Shown here piece by piece: positions 26,468 through 44,787 of a stretch of DNA of 64,000 nucleotides (within the stretch, counting starts at the first letter, position 1; every line of letters begins with the position of its first letter). The position numbers and the translations under genes are program-made. Source of the DNA: Bigelowiella natans CCMP2755 (taxonomy: Eukaryota > Protista > Cercozoa). Under the pieces are notes generated by a model. The model saw only the letters and a program-made list of their open reading frames with translations, did not search any database and was not told the origin of the DNA. Where the stretch lies: assembly GCA_000320545.1 (NCBI GenBank), contig ADNK01000914.1, forward strand, positions 1-64,000, read 5' to 3'.

Positions 26468-27265
26468 TGCACATGCACGCACATATATGTATGTATGTAT
26501 GTATTGACCATGAAGCTGAGAGCACGGGGACTTTGTAGAACCGAGCTGAATGGTACGCGCCCTGTGATTTCCAAGGAATATGAATCTTAGGCTTAAATAG
26601 TATGGTTTGCAGTGGTAATAAAGCACATCGAGAGGCCGCAGGAAGAGAGGAAGAAGAAGAAACATTGTTGCACGGAAGAGAAGAATGGTTTTTCGTCTGA
26701 TTTTCTGTTTTTTCTAAGATCGATCACCGAGCGAAGGAAGATTCGAACGGCTCTGAATCTTTAGTACTGCCGCCGTCGCCGCCATCACCACCATTGTACG
26801 CGTGATAAGCTCACGATTGAGCAGGCCATTCCCGAAGACCCCCGCATCATTAGACCCCCCTCTCAAGCTCATGCAACCGAGGGCCGTGCTCATGAACTTT
26901 TACTCGAGACACCCCGAGAGGCCAGATGCGTGTTAGACAGCCGATGCACTGAAGAGGGGGGGACGAACGCAGCTGCTCCGATGATCAGTGGCCTTGACCC
27001 GCAGTTCTGATATTTTTTTATCCGAGATATATCCATATTGTTCGTTTCGAAACGAGGATGAAAACTAGACCGATATTTACCCCAGGGACATCCACTGGAG
27101 GTCTCCCCTGCCCTTCTCGTATCCTCATCCGACCGATGCAATGGGAATTTTTCCTGCGACAAGGCAGAGTTGCTTGTCTTTGTAAATTAATCATATACAT
27201 CTTGCGGATAGCCACCGACGTATCAAGGTATCTCGAATTTGCCGAAAATGATATGGGATATACAT
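17786..27265 (-). CDS. BCS1-like AAA+ ATPase with N-terminal extension (possible SAM domain) and long low-complexity C-terminal tail
   Basis: Exons give [44 protein letters not shown] (Walker A, 21891-21946), VIEDVDSVF (Walker B, ~20800-20827), [37 protein letters not shown] (~19629-19918), DIFLRFFP and [14 protein letters not shown]. These are BCS1-clade signatures. Start codon uncertain. Confidence 0.85.
18510..26500. repeat. Dense intronic microsatellites ((TA)n, (CA)n, (CAT)n, (CAG)n, (TAC)n, (GAG)n, poly-G/C); similar clusters at 1-3400, 39000-43200, 52150-53500 and 56840-63900
   Basis: Directly visible perfect simple repeats, mostly about 28-36 nt long, located between exons. Confidence 0.95.
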
Positions 27266-27679
27266 GTTGCGACTCGGATTTGGAATTGTCTTAGGTAGCG
27301 CTCCTTTGTGGACGAGGAAACTGTCGGTAACGGAGCTACCGCCCCCCCCCTTCGTCCTCGTGATCTGTTTTACGGACGAGACGAATTTTGAGGCTAGTCG
27401 AGAGGTATTAATAATGGTTATATGGTGTGTAAAGTGGGAAGAAAAAAAAACACTCAATAGGGGCAGAGAAACGACACTTTGAAACTAGAGCGAACTGATA
27501 AATTCGCACGCTTTGCATGAAATCAGACACTTGGATCAGATCCGTGACCTGAGGGCTGTTCGTGATTTGGATCGGCAAGGGATCGACAAAGTGGCATTAA
27601 AATTTACTCATTCCTCGCAGTCGGCTTTGCGCAGCATATCTTCAAAGTGAGTACGCCAAGTCCTCATTCTTAGCTACAC
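27266..27679. promoter_or_regulatory. Probable bidirectional promoter between the BCS1-like gene and CFAP47
   Basis: Short divergent spacer; inferred from position only, and the BCS1-like start is uncertain. Confidence 0.4.
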
Positions 27680-30600
27680 ATGGAGGAGGCTGGGAAAACC
27701 AGCGGGGAGGAGCGCGGGGGACGTAGCAAAGGTGATGCGAAGTCCCTGTCTAAATCATCGCTTTCCTCCAGCACCTATAAGATGCAGATTAACACCTGCG
27801 AAGCGGCCTCGAATCCATACCTAGAGATCTCCCCAAGCTTTGCGCTTTTCAAGGATGTGAAGCCTTCTGACCAGCTGTCCACGGTCATTCGTTTGCGCAA
27901 TAAAACCTTGCGCATGTTGCGGATACGCATAATTCCGCCCCCCTTCGCGTCGGTGTTTGAGGTAACGCCGAAAGATGCCTATATGATGCTGGGGGCAGGT
28001 CTAAAAGGTACTTTAAGGGGTGAAATTTAAGGGGCGAGCTGGACGGTCCTATTCCTCTTTATCAAGGAAAAAGGCATCTGAGAGCGGACAGAATGCGGCT
28101 TCATCTTCTACCTCTTCAACACAAAATGGAAGCCTAATAAAGTCGAACCACTCGCAGATTTTGCTGAAGCTCAAAGGCATTGAGATTCCAATCAATCTGC
28201 AAGCTCATCCCCCGATGCCAGAGCTAGGTGTCCCGAAGAATTTGAGCTTCAAGAACGTGATTCTTGATGAAGAAGCTCACAAAACTTTCACGATTAGAAA
28301 CACAGGAATGGAGCCTGGAACTCTCAAGCTGTCCTGCGATTCTGATTTAGTATCCTTGACACCGAAGACTGTCGAGGTCAAAGCGAAGGGGCAGGTTGAG
28401 GCCAAGCTCATCCTCAGCTCAATGAAGGAAGGAATGTTCCGAGCTGTCGTGAATGTCGGGTTTGAGGGGCAGAGCAAAGAGGGAATTGATCTGTCATGGA
28501 GTGTCAGTATTCCCAGATTTGAGATCCTCCTGGACGGTGAAAGCCTTCCCCTTAAACATCTTGACTTTGGGACGCTGTACTATGGCCAGGAGACAGCTAT
28601 GAAAGTGCGCGTCATCAACATGTCAAACCAGTATTGTACATTTAGCTCTGACGTCGAGGAAAAATCAGCAGAGAATACCACCTCGGATACAATCGATACG
28701 AAGAAAATGGAGTCCAAAGTGAGGAAAAAGCCTGAAATCTGGATCAGTCCTTCCCAAAGTAGTATAGCCCCTAATAGCTTTACAGTTCTGACGTGCTATT
28801 TCAAGCCCGCCGAAGAAGCTGAGTCAATGGGCTTCAAGCACAATGTGAACATGGTGCGAGAGGCGCAGATCTTCGAGAAGACATTTCGCTTCACGAGTGA
28901 AAACCTGAATTTGGAGAAGACGATCTCGGTCGCGGCGCGCGCATGTTTACCCGACGTGAAAATTTCACGGGATTATCTGGACTTCGGAGAATGCCCTGTC
29001 AATAGCCAGCAGGCCATCTGTACCTCGATCCAGAACCGCTCCGTCGACTTGCCCTTATCCTTCGCGTTCGGAAAAGTCGCTCATTTCCGCGTGAAACCCA
29101 AGAGCGGCACTCTGCGCCCCTTGCAATCCCTGCAAATTGAGGTGCTTTTCAAGCCTAATAACATGGGGAAATTCCGACACCAGCTGCCGCTTACTCTCGC
29201 GAAGGGACTCAGAGGTATGCAGCTCACGCTCGTAGGAGAGTCCGAGTTTGCTGCTCCTAAAGCAACGATGGTCGGTGGCTTAGGACGCACTAAGAAGGAC
29301 TTCAAACGCGAGACCCATCATGTGGACCCTGATGTCCCTGTACGTCTTGGTAAGAAGAAATTCTCCCGGAAGACAGGCATACAGCGCGAGGATATGCAAG
29401 AAACACTAAGGGAGATTGAGCTACGCCCGGACGGCCTTCCTCGGTTTATGGGCTACAAGGAAAGCATAGGAAAGCAGGAACACGAGTACACGTACACGCT
29501 CACCGAGTTCCAGACCCGCGAGAAGAACAAGCACAAGTACAACAAATACCTTAAGGAGAAGCGGAAGGACCGCGCCGAGAAGCGCAAGCATTCGCGGACC
29601 GTGAATCTCAACGTTGGCCCTTACGCGCGAACCTCCACGATGAGAAAAAGGTACTTCACGGAGACAAAAAGGCGAAACCACGGTCTGAAGCCGACCGCGA
29701 AGGAAGAAGACATGGGGATGGAATTCGCTGAGGGACTGGCCGAGCCTTTAATTGCACTGCCAGAACCAGAGGGCAAGCTCGTGCTCCCAGTCGCAGGCCT
29801 TAGCTCCAAGGTAGGTCAAACTGGAGGCCCAGGTAAACGTTTCAAGCCAAAGCCGACAACGCAGGCGGAGTCTCGGGATTGTGAGATGAAGCTCTCACAA
29901 GACGAGTTGTTTGCGATCGAAACGGCTCCGCGTGTAGTCAGGATGGGCTCGGTGTACTGCGGGGTTGAAGCGAAAAACTACTTCCGCGTCAGTAACGGCG
30001 TATCGCACTCTATCTTCGTAGAGATCAAGTTCGACGCCCCAGAGCTTGCACGTTCTGCCCCAGCATCACAGATGATCCCACCGGGAGAGACGGCGAGCTT
30101 CACCGTGTCATTTAAGTCGCTCGAAGTCTGCAACTTCAAACACGTTGTTTACTTCACCATAAATGGGTATTTGACCTTCAACTTCCTCGTGACGGCAGAG
30201 GTGGTGCCTCTTTTGATAAACACACGGAGAAATGTCGAGTTTGAGTTTTCCTCTGCCAACTCAGATTTCTTCGTGGTCAAAGAATTGCCTCTGCGCAATC
30301 CAACCCCGATCAAAACTGAATTCTGGTTTACCCTCGACTCAGAAGTTTTCTCGATTGCGCCAATGAAGGGCACTATCGAGTCGAATGATACTCGTAACGT
30401 CAAAGTGACGTTTTTCCCTAAGTTCGCCTTGGCCAGATGCAAGCACGTAGCAACGCTATTCGTCAAAAATGGCGTCAAGACCGTCATTAACCTCATAGGC
30501 TCGCTTCCGGAGGCCTCGTGCGTGCTGACACCAAAGCTTGTTGACTTTGGCTTCATTTGCGTTGGCAGTTCAGCTGAGGAGGTTGTCCATATTAAGAACC

Positions 30601-33600
30601 AAGGCGGCAGCACAACGGTCTACAAGGTTGATGCGCTCCCATTAGGGCTTCGGATAAACCCCAATGTCGGAGTGCTGCCTCCCGGAGATAACTTTCCTCT
30701 CAAGCTTGCTCTCGAACCCAAAACAGCCTCGGAGCTCGACACCTCGGTGATGCTGCATCTCCGAGGGGCCTCCGAAAACGCAAAGCCTTTCCTCTTCCGC
30801 GTCAAGGCCAAGATGATCATCCCCGACCTTCGCGTCGTTGAGAATGAGTTTAACTTTGACTCGGTGGAGCTTGGGAAGAAATCGGTGGTACCAGTAACGT
30901 TAGAGAACAGCTCCGAAGTGCCAGTCTCCGTCATTCTGAACCTTGCCGACCACAAGATGTTTTCGCTCGTCTTTCCGCCAGAGTGGGCCGACCTATCACC
31001 CTCCCCCGCCGCTCTCATGCAAGAGGATGAGATAAACGCCTTAATGGAACGAGAAGGGATGGAACGAAAGAAGAAAAGGGGGGACGCGGACGCGGCAAGC
31101 CTGGACAGAAATATGTACAAACTACGTCTCGACAGGAAGTCTCGTATGCGCGTCTTGCTGCAATTTAAACCGAGAAAGATTAGCACTTATATGTTTGAGC
31201 TGCCGATGTCGATCGTGGGGATTCCTAGCTACCCATCCTTGCGACGCGCAGTGTCGGCGAAAGTGCTGAATTCGCGGATTAAGTTTTCCCCTACAGTCCT
31301 CGAATTTAAGGATCGCATCGTCCTCGAGAGGAAGGGCGCACAACCCTACATGAAGGAGGTTCTTCTTAAGAATCAAGAGTCAAAATCGGTGCGGTGGAAA
31401 ATCTACATAGGAGCAGATTTTGATGGACTCGAAGAGGAGAAGGACCGCAGTGTGAAGATGCTCGCAAACCTGCACAAATCATGCTTCCACAATCGCGGTA
31501 TAGCTCTTTCATCGAGGAAAGACCTGGATGCAGCAGAAGCCAAGCATGCTGGAGAGAATCCTGTTGTGGACAATCCAAAAGAGGAGTTTGCGAAGAGGGG
31601 GTTTGAGAAGGGCGTATGGGGACACGACGGCGACGTGATCTATAAGGTTAATATTTGTGAGGGCGTTCTCGAGCCGAATGAAGAACAAAAAGTGATCGTT
31701 TTCTTCACCCCGTTTGAGGCCATGACCTACAATACCAACATCCAAGTAGTTCTGAACGATGAAATCACCCCCTACATCGACATCGAGCTCACAGGAAGAG
31801 GGTCCTTCCCGGCGCTGCTCTTCAGTCGCGACGAGATCCGACTCCCTGTGGTGCCTGTCGGCTTCTCATCGGATTCTACATTCGACATCCTCAACAAGGG
31901 TTACAAGAGCCTCGATATCCGCTATCAGCTGCCAGAAGACTCTAACCGCATTCCGCTGCATGTGATCTTCCCTCAGGGAAGCACAGTCACCAAGACGCGC
32001 GACACCTGCAGAACGCGTATATCCTTCTCCAATTCCGCGCCTATGAGCTTCACCGCCAACGTGAACTTCAAAGACGGCGGCGGGAATGCTTTCAAGCTCC
32101 GCGTGGTCGGAACAGCGGACAATTGCCTTCTCACCAATCAGGCGTATTTGGAGAAGAATAAGCATAAGGTCGCTGTGGAGCAACATGGCGCGACAGAGCC
32201 CATTAAGGTCTATGAGAAAGAGAAACTGAAACTGGCCGCAAGCGGAGATGGTGATGACGTCTTGAGCCCTGGCCGAGGAGATAAGGTAGAGCATCAAGCA
32301 GACGACGAGAAGTCGAAAGCACACGCCGACGGCTGGCATCAGGGCTCCCACAACCAGAGAAGTGCGTCGTTTGCGATGCGGTTTATGTATGCGATCACTC
32401 GCAACCCCATATTTGTCACAAATCAAACCGTGAACTTCGCCACATACTTGGCCGAGTCCGGTAACGGGATCTTCAAGTGTGTGAACTCGCTCTCCGGCAA
32501 ACGTGTATTTCCGAAGGACTCAGAAAACGGCGGCAACGGCTCCAAGGTTGGCGGGTCTTCGGGCGAGGCGTCGAGCCGTTTGGAGAAATTCAAGGGCTTC
32601 CTCAACTTCCTGCGTTCGTATGGCGGCATGGTCGACTCTGTAAAAGCCGAGCATCTCCTGACGAAAAAGTTCTACGGGCGCATTCTTAAGCACCCCACCT
32701 ACGTCAAGGAGATCCTTGGTGGGGACACGAAAACGAGGCGTGAGCTGCAGCTTTTAGTCCGTTCGAAGGAGAAAGATTTCGATGAGAAGGCGTGCGAGGC
32801 GTGGCTTACTGTGCTATACCAGATCATGAAGATCTTCATCTTGTACCGCGTCACCCCTAAGTCCTTCAAGGCCCTGCCCGGAATACCGCCCGAGAAAACG
32901 GAGATGGCGCAATGGATGTCGAAGAGCAACGTATACACAGTGTCGGAGAACATTCTCTTGCGGTGGCTCAACTTCCATCATAGCAAGCTGCACCCGCACG
33001 ATGCTAAGGAGTTCTTGGTGCGGTTTGACAAAGATCTGTGCGACGGAAGAGTTCTCAGCGACGTGTTGCGGTCTCACGTGCAGAGCCTAGATAGCGGACT
33101 CGACCTTGACCCAAATCCAAAGACGGATGAGGCGAAGCTCAACAACATCAAACTGCTCATTGAGACTTTCAAGTACTGCGGGCTCTCCATCGAGCTTATG
33201 CTTTCGGATTTCCAGAAGCCAATCGCGCGCGATCTGATGTTGCTGACCCTGTACCTCTACCTGAACCTGCCGAGCTACATGCCGAAGGCTGTCGTGACGT
33301 TCGCGTGCAAGTTGGGAGAGTCGACAAAGAAGACGATCGAGCTCTCCAACCCCTCCAGGAAAGAGATCAAGTACCACGCTCGCATCGACGGTTCCAAGGA
33401 CTTCCAGCTGCAGAATACTGTCGTACCGCTTGCCCCGAAAGGAAAGCGCGGCTCAACCCTGGCCTTCCCCATCGAGTTCGTTTCACGATTCTCGCAACCC
33501 TCGCGCGCCACTCTCACTCTCACAAGCGAGGGCAAGGCCTGCACCAAGGTGGCGACCATGGTGTTTTCTCTGCGTTCGCAGATCACGGCACGACAGCCCA

Positions 33601-36600
33601 TGAAGATTCACGAAATCGAAGCTCGAGTCTACGAGCAAAAAACCATCACAGTGTCTATCAAGAACCCCTTCCCAAATCGATGCAGTTTGCTACTCTCGTT
33701 GGAGCAAACTTATGAGGTTGAGCGACCAGAGCTAATAGGCACTGAGATGAAGTCAAAGGGCGGCGCGGGAGGGGCGAAGGGGAAGAAGAAGAAGAAGAGG
33801 CGGAACAAGGACAAGAAGCGCCACCCACCCGGCGCCACGCTAGAGATGCGGAAGATCAAACATTATGATGACCATGACTCTGCAAACCAGGTAACAAAAC
33901 TAAGTAGAGAGTGGTGGGGGGAGAGGGGTAGTAGCACTTAGTATCTTGCAGAATTTATAACATGAAGCCACTAAATTGTGAGATTGGGTGATTTTGAAGA
34001 GTTCGACATCTTGTTGTATCCTTTCCCTACTTTTTACCGTGCACGCTGAGTCAGCTGTTTTCCCGCTGACTCGTTTCCCTTCTCTTCCTTCTTCCAGTTT
34101 GTATTCTGGGCCAACAAGGATAAGCTTAGGATGGAGGTTGGTGAGTCGTTTGATGTTGAGGTGTCATTTCTGCCCTTCACCAAGGGCAGCTACGCGTGCG
34201 AGCTGATCTTATTCGACAAGGAAAACGGCGAGTTCATGTATCTCATCAAAGGGCGTGCGGAGGACGCCATGGGGCATATCGATATTAAGGAGAGCGGCTT
34301 CTACGACCCCGAGAGGGATACAGTAACGACAGAGGTGAAGCTGGAGCATGACAACAAGGCGCTCATCCAAGCGAAGAGGGACTGTGTGGGTGCGATGGAA
34401 TCGATTCCGAAGCGATTTCTCGTGGGTGAAGATGCGAGGAACAAGAGGAAGTGGGCCTCTGACCAATCCTGCAATTGGGGAGAAGATGAGGTTGTTTGTC
34501 GACGACTATGGTGCTTGCTTGCCGCATGCGTATAGCCAAATGATTTAGCTTGAGTAGGGGAGGGGGGTGAAGGAAGATGGGAGTTTTCTTGATACCGAGA
34601 ATAAATACAATATGCTAAAACGCTTCTATCTGTGTTACTCTTTCTTCTTCTCCTCTCTCTAGGTGATCTACCGAGTGGAAAATGAGTCGCCATATTTCAT
34701 CCTCCCTATCGAAGTAAAGCTAAACCCCAAAGACCCCACGCCCATCAGTATTCAGCTGCTTCCTCGGCAACCTGGCGTTTACCGAGAGACTGTTAATTTA
34801 GTCTCCAACAAAGATATTCGCGTCTTAAATCTCGAGTATGTGAAACGAAACCACTGCTATCACCCACCACCCCTCGTCATCGCCGTCACCATAGTCGTCA
34901 TTGTTAAAGTTTTTGAGCCGCTGATTATCCTTGCAGGTATAAGCTGAAGGAGAAGTTTGCAACACCGACGCTGGAGTTCGAGGTGGCGGCCGGTAAGGCG
35001 TTGACGCAGTCGATCCCCATCATTAACAACACCGACACCCCGTGGCACATCAAGGCAACTCTCGATGCCAAAAATTTCAAAGGGGCGGATACGATGCAGG
35101 TCGGTCCAAAGTCCAAGGGCGAATACGTGCTTAAGTTCTCCCCAGAATGGGTAGCCGAGGTCAAGGGTGAGCTGCAGCTCGTCATCCAGAAGGGAGCGGG
35201 GCGTGAGAGCGACACGAGAACGTACAACCTTCTCGGTATTGGCAAGGAACCGGTGGCTGAGTCCAAGGTCGTGCTGCGGTGTGCGGCAAGATCCCCAGTG
35301 CAGCACACCTTCGAGGTCCACAACCCAACGAATTCTATGATCGAATTCCGCGTCGAGAGCGACCTGCCAAACATCTCCGGCGAGTCGCACCTGGCTGTCA
35401 AGCCTGGGAAGACCGGCAAATACAGCCTCACGATTAAGCCAAACATGTCCGGGTTCGTAAAAGGCTCGATTACGTTCGTGGCTCCGGATGGTCGTTTTGT
35501 CTGGTACGTCGTGGAGCTTACTGTAGACTCTCCCGACTTTGAGGCGGAGCTTGACATCAACGCAATGCTACGCCGCGCAGCGCAGATTGAGATCGCTGTT
35601 GCAAACCCCCTCGCGCAGGAAATCACGTTCGAGGTGGAGCTGGAGGGCGTGGGACTCTATGGGGAACCTTTCCTCAAGCTGGCTGCACACGAACAGAAGG
35701 AGTATCCTTTCGTCTTTGCGCCGCTGGTCTCAGGAACCTCCGAGGGTGCCGTGCGCTTCTTCAACTCCAAAATTGGAGAATTCTGGTATAAGCTCAAGCT
35801 CACGGGCGTGAGGCCAGAGCCCAACGTGTTGCCTGAGTTCAAGTGCCCGATTGGTAAGAAGCAGCACCAGACCGTCACCATCGAAAACCCGACCGATGAG
35901 GACATCTACCTCAACATGCACAGCTCGGACCCGAAACACTTTGGTGTCGAGAGCGGCGGAGAAGATCTGCTGCTGGTGCCCGCCATGCAAAGTAAGCAGT
36001 TCCAGGTATGGCACACTGCTTCATCCATCGGAGAGCGTGTGAGCGGCGACGTGATTCTGTCCAACGAGGAGATCGGGGAGTGGCATTACAAGTGTAGCGG
36101 GATGGGAATCACGCCCGAGTTCATGGACACCATTAGGATCCAAGCTCCTGTGAATACGCACGAGACGCGCATCGTAACCTTTGTCAACCCCTTCTCCCAG
36201 CCCTTCCACGCGGTTCTGTCCCTCGCTGAGAAGACTCAGAAGAACAGGGCAGTTGCGGGAACTAAAAATGGGCGTCCACGTGGCTTTAACCTGTTCTTGA
36301 AGAAACCTAAACACACCATTCGTGCCAAGGGATCGCTGGGAATCCCCATATGCTTTTCGCCGAGCGAAATGGGCAATTACTCGGCCGAGCTGATAGTCAA
36401 CGGGGGTAACGACCTCGTGTTTAAGTATCCTCTCCTCGGAATTACTCAGGGCCCTGTTAGCTCCAAGATCATCGAGGTGAAGTGCCAGGCGCGCAAGGTA
36501 GCAACCAAGGTGGTCACCTTCGATCTCATCGGCCTGCGATTTAGCGATGAGAAGACTGACGAGAAGTTCTCCCTGGAGCTCGCTCTCAGCCCTGAAGAGG

Positions 36601-37298
36601 GCAAGGATTCTTGGAAGAAGGAGCTCGTAGAAAGATGCACTAGCGTAGAACTGCCTGCGAAGGTCCTGAAATGTCCCGACAACAAGCTGCAGGTGAAGAT
36701 CATCTTTGAGCCGCTGCGGACGGTGCGCGCAGCGTGCGACTTGATGGTTCACAAAAAGAGCGGCGGGTGCTGGAAGTTCAAGCTGAACTTCGTTGCGACC
36801 GATCCTGACTTTGACGACACGATACAGATCGAGGGCAAGCTCGGCGTGAAGACTTCCGTGGCGTTTGGTCTGAACAACATGTTAGATGCGCGACGGACGA
36901 AATTTTCCGCATTCTTCACGTACAATTCTGCCGAGGAATTCAGCGTGAAGCCAAAGACAGGCGTGCTTATGCCAGAAGGAGAAGATCCGACTAAATTCGT
37001 CATAGGATTCACACCGAGGGAATATGGAAAGTCTTTTGCAGGGACCCTCATTATCAGGACAGATTTGATGCAGTGGACGTATCTCATCAAGGGCACACCA
37101 CCGCGCTACGTACGTCCGGTTGCATCATCGACAATCCGAGGATTTTTTGACGGAGCGGGGGTAGGAGGAACGATACAGCGCAAGACTTCCATCACGCGCA
37201 CGAAGAGAAACGTTGTGAGGGAAAACATACGGGCTGTAAAGGGCTCTCCACATTATCAGGGCCGAAATGCGCGCTTAAGACATCCTAATTTTGAGTAA
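27680..37298 (+). CDS. CFAP47: Cilia- and flagella-associated protein 47-like (multiple ASH/Ig-like domains + CH domain)
   Basis: About 3000 aa of repeated ASH-type beta-sandwich motifs (LDFG..., L.N.S/T), the IRLPVVP motif and a CH domain (VSENILLRWLNFH...FDKDLCDGRVLSDVL). Three introns: 33891-34097, 34491-34662, 34836-34936. Apparent +1 frameshift in a G-run at ~28017-28020. Confidence 0.75.
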
Positions 37299-37604
37299 TA
37301 AATGAAAATGCTCATGCATGCTGCCTGCATAGCAAACCAGTTTTTGAAGTAACAAATGGCATCGTACACAAACAACTCGATGGCATCTCGCAGCCAGGCA
37401 CACAAGCTAGCAAGCTTATCAAAACTCACATAGAACACCTAGATCATGTTTGTAGAACACATCAGCTAAATGAATGTCGTGATGAGATCGACACACGCAT
37501 CGCACGCACGCACGCACGCACCTGTTGGATGAGCGTAATGAACGCTGCTATGTATGAGACGGATGTAATGAAATGTTTAAATTTTTTCAATGGTCATCCT
37601 AATG

Positions 37605-37810
37605 TAGCTATGCAATGCAGCGGCTACAGCGCTTAAGTTGTATCTGTTGGTATGTATACGTACATATTTGTGCAATGCATGATTGTGCTCTAATGTCAGC
37701 TAGTGCTAGAGTGCGTGTCACACATATTATACATCTAGACGTGCTAACACGGATTCAACACCAGGTTAGCGCTGTAGCATAAGCCGTTCTAGCGTTGCAT
37801 TGCACAGCTA
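37605..37810. mobile_element. Putative MITE-like element with imperfect terminal inverted repeats
   Basis: Left end TAGCTATGCAATGCAGCGGCTACAGCGCT; reverse complement of right end TAGCTGTGCAATGCAACGC[TAGAACGGCTTAT]GCTACAGCGCT. A related copy of the left end lies at 46791-46827. Confidence 0.45.
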
Positions 37811-38505
37811 AGTGAGGATAACCATTGAACAGCATTTAATTGATTAATTATTACGTATGCGTGTTACATGCTAGCATATGAGCCTCAATAATCTCAACTA
37901 TGCCATGTGATGCTGTGCTATTAATTATGGCGTACGCGTTGCATCTGTTTCGTGAAAAAAGTGTAGGTAGTCTGCGCACCCGCCTGAACATATTTCATGC
38001 TAGATGACTTTCTCGCGCAGCAGCGCAATCTGAAGCATGCTTGCATACAGCAACTAATCATAGATGTAGTTGTTGCCACTAGGCTAAACCGTGTGATTTG
38101 CGAAAGTCAACACATGCAAACATCTGATGTGCGTGCTATATAGGATTTTTTTATTAGGGTCATTTTAAATTGCATACACAGGGCGCTTGCACCTGCTTAC
38201 ACATGTATGTTGTATGAGTACATCAAAAATGTTGCTGTTTTGGATCACGATTATTGAGCATACGTTTAAAACTCAACTCATCTCACCCGAAGAATCAACT
38301 AGCGAGATCACGCAGTTGAAAGCTACATCCGACGTTGCATGCGAACTCATGTGTAGGAGTAAGCAACGCTTCTGTGTGCCGAAAGGATAGCAAATCATCG
38401 GCGCTTAGATATATCTGGTTGGAAACGGGGAGGAGGCGGGGCGTGCTCCCCACTTCCCTATTGACCGAATGATATTTCTCCGAAAAGCGGATGCAATTCA
38501 TTCAT

Positions 38506-44494
<5,989 letters not shown>

Positions 44495-44787
44495 GGTGTT
44501 CTCTTCTTTTGTGTACCTTCGTGTGGGACGAATGGCTTGGAATTTCTCTTGAAATAGTCTTTATTTCTTCCCTGCGACATCCTTTTACCATGCACTTCTC
44601 TAGTTCTTTGCGACAAAGAAATGCATGTTTCTCCTCAATGTTCTTGTTTGTTAATTCAAGTCGTAGATCTAGATTGCCCTTGAATTCCGTGGTTTGCGAG
44701 GAGAATGGGCAATCCTACACTCGAAGTGAAACTGATGCATCCACGCTTGCTTGCGTGCATTTGTTAGATCTAGTTTCCCTCGTAGCA
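44495..44787. promoter_or_regulatory. Probable bidirectional promoter between katG and the RIIa-EF-hand gene
   Basis: Divergent start codons ~290 nt apart, with no microsatellites. Inferred from position only. Confidence 0.5.

Noticed and set aside
29081-37096. Long antisense ORFs within CFAP47
   Set aside because: Shadow ORFs caused by GC-biased codon usage of the sense gene.
44509-44787. Upstream extension of the 425-aa ORF
   Set aside because: Non-ATG start with no domain similarity; the RIIa motif begins at the ATG at 44788.
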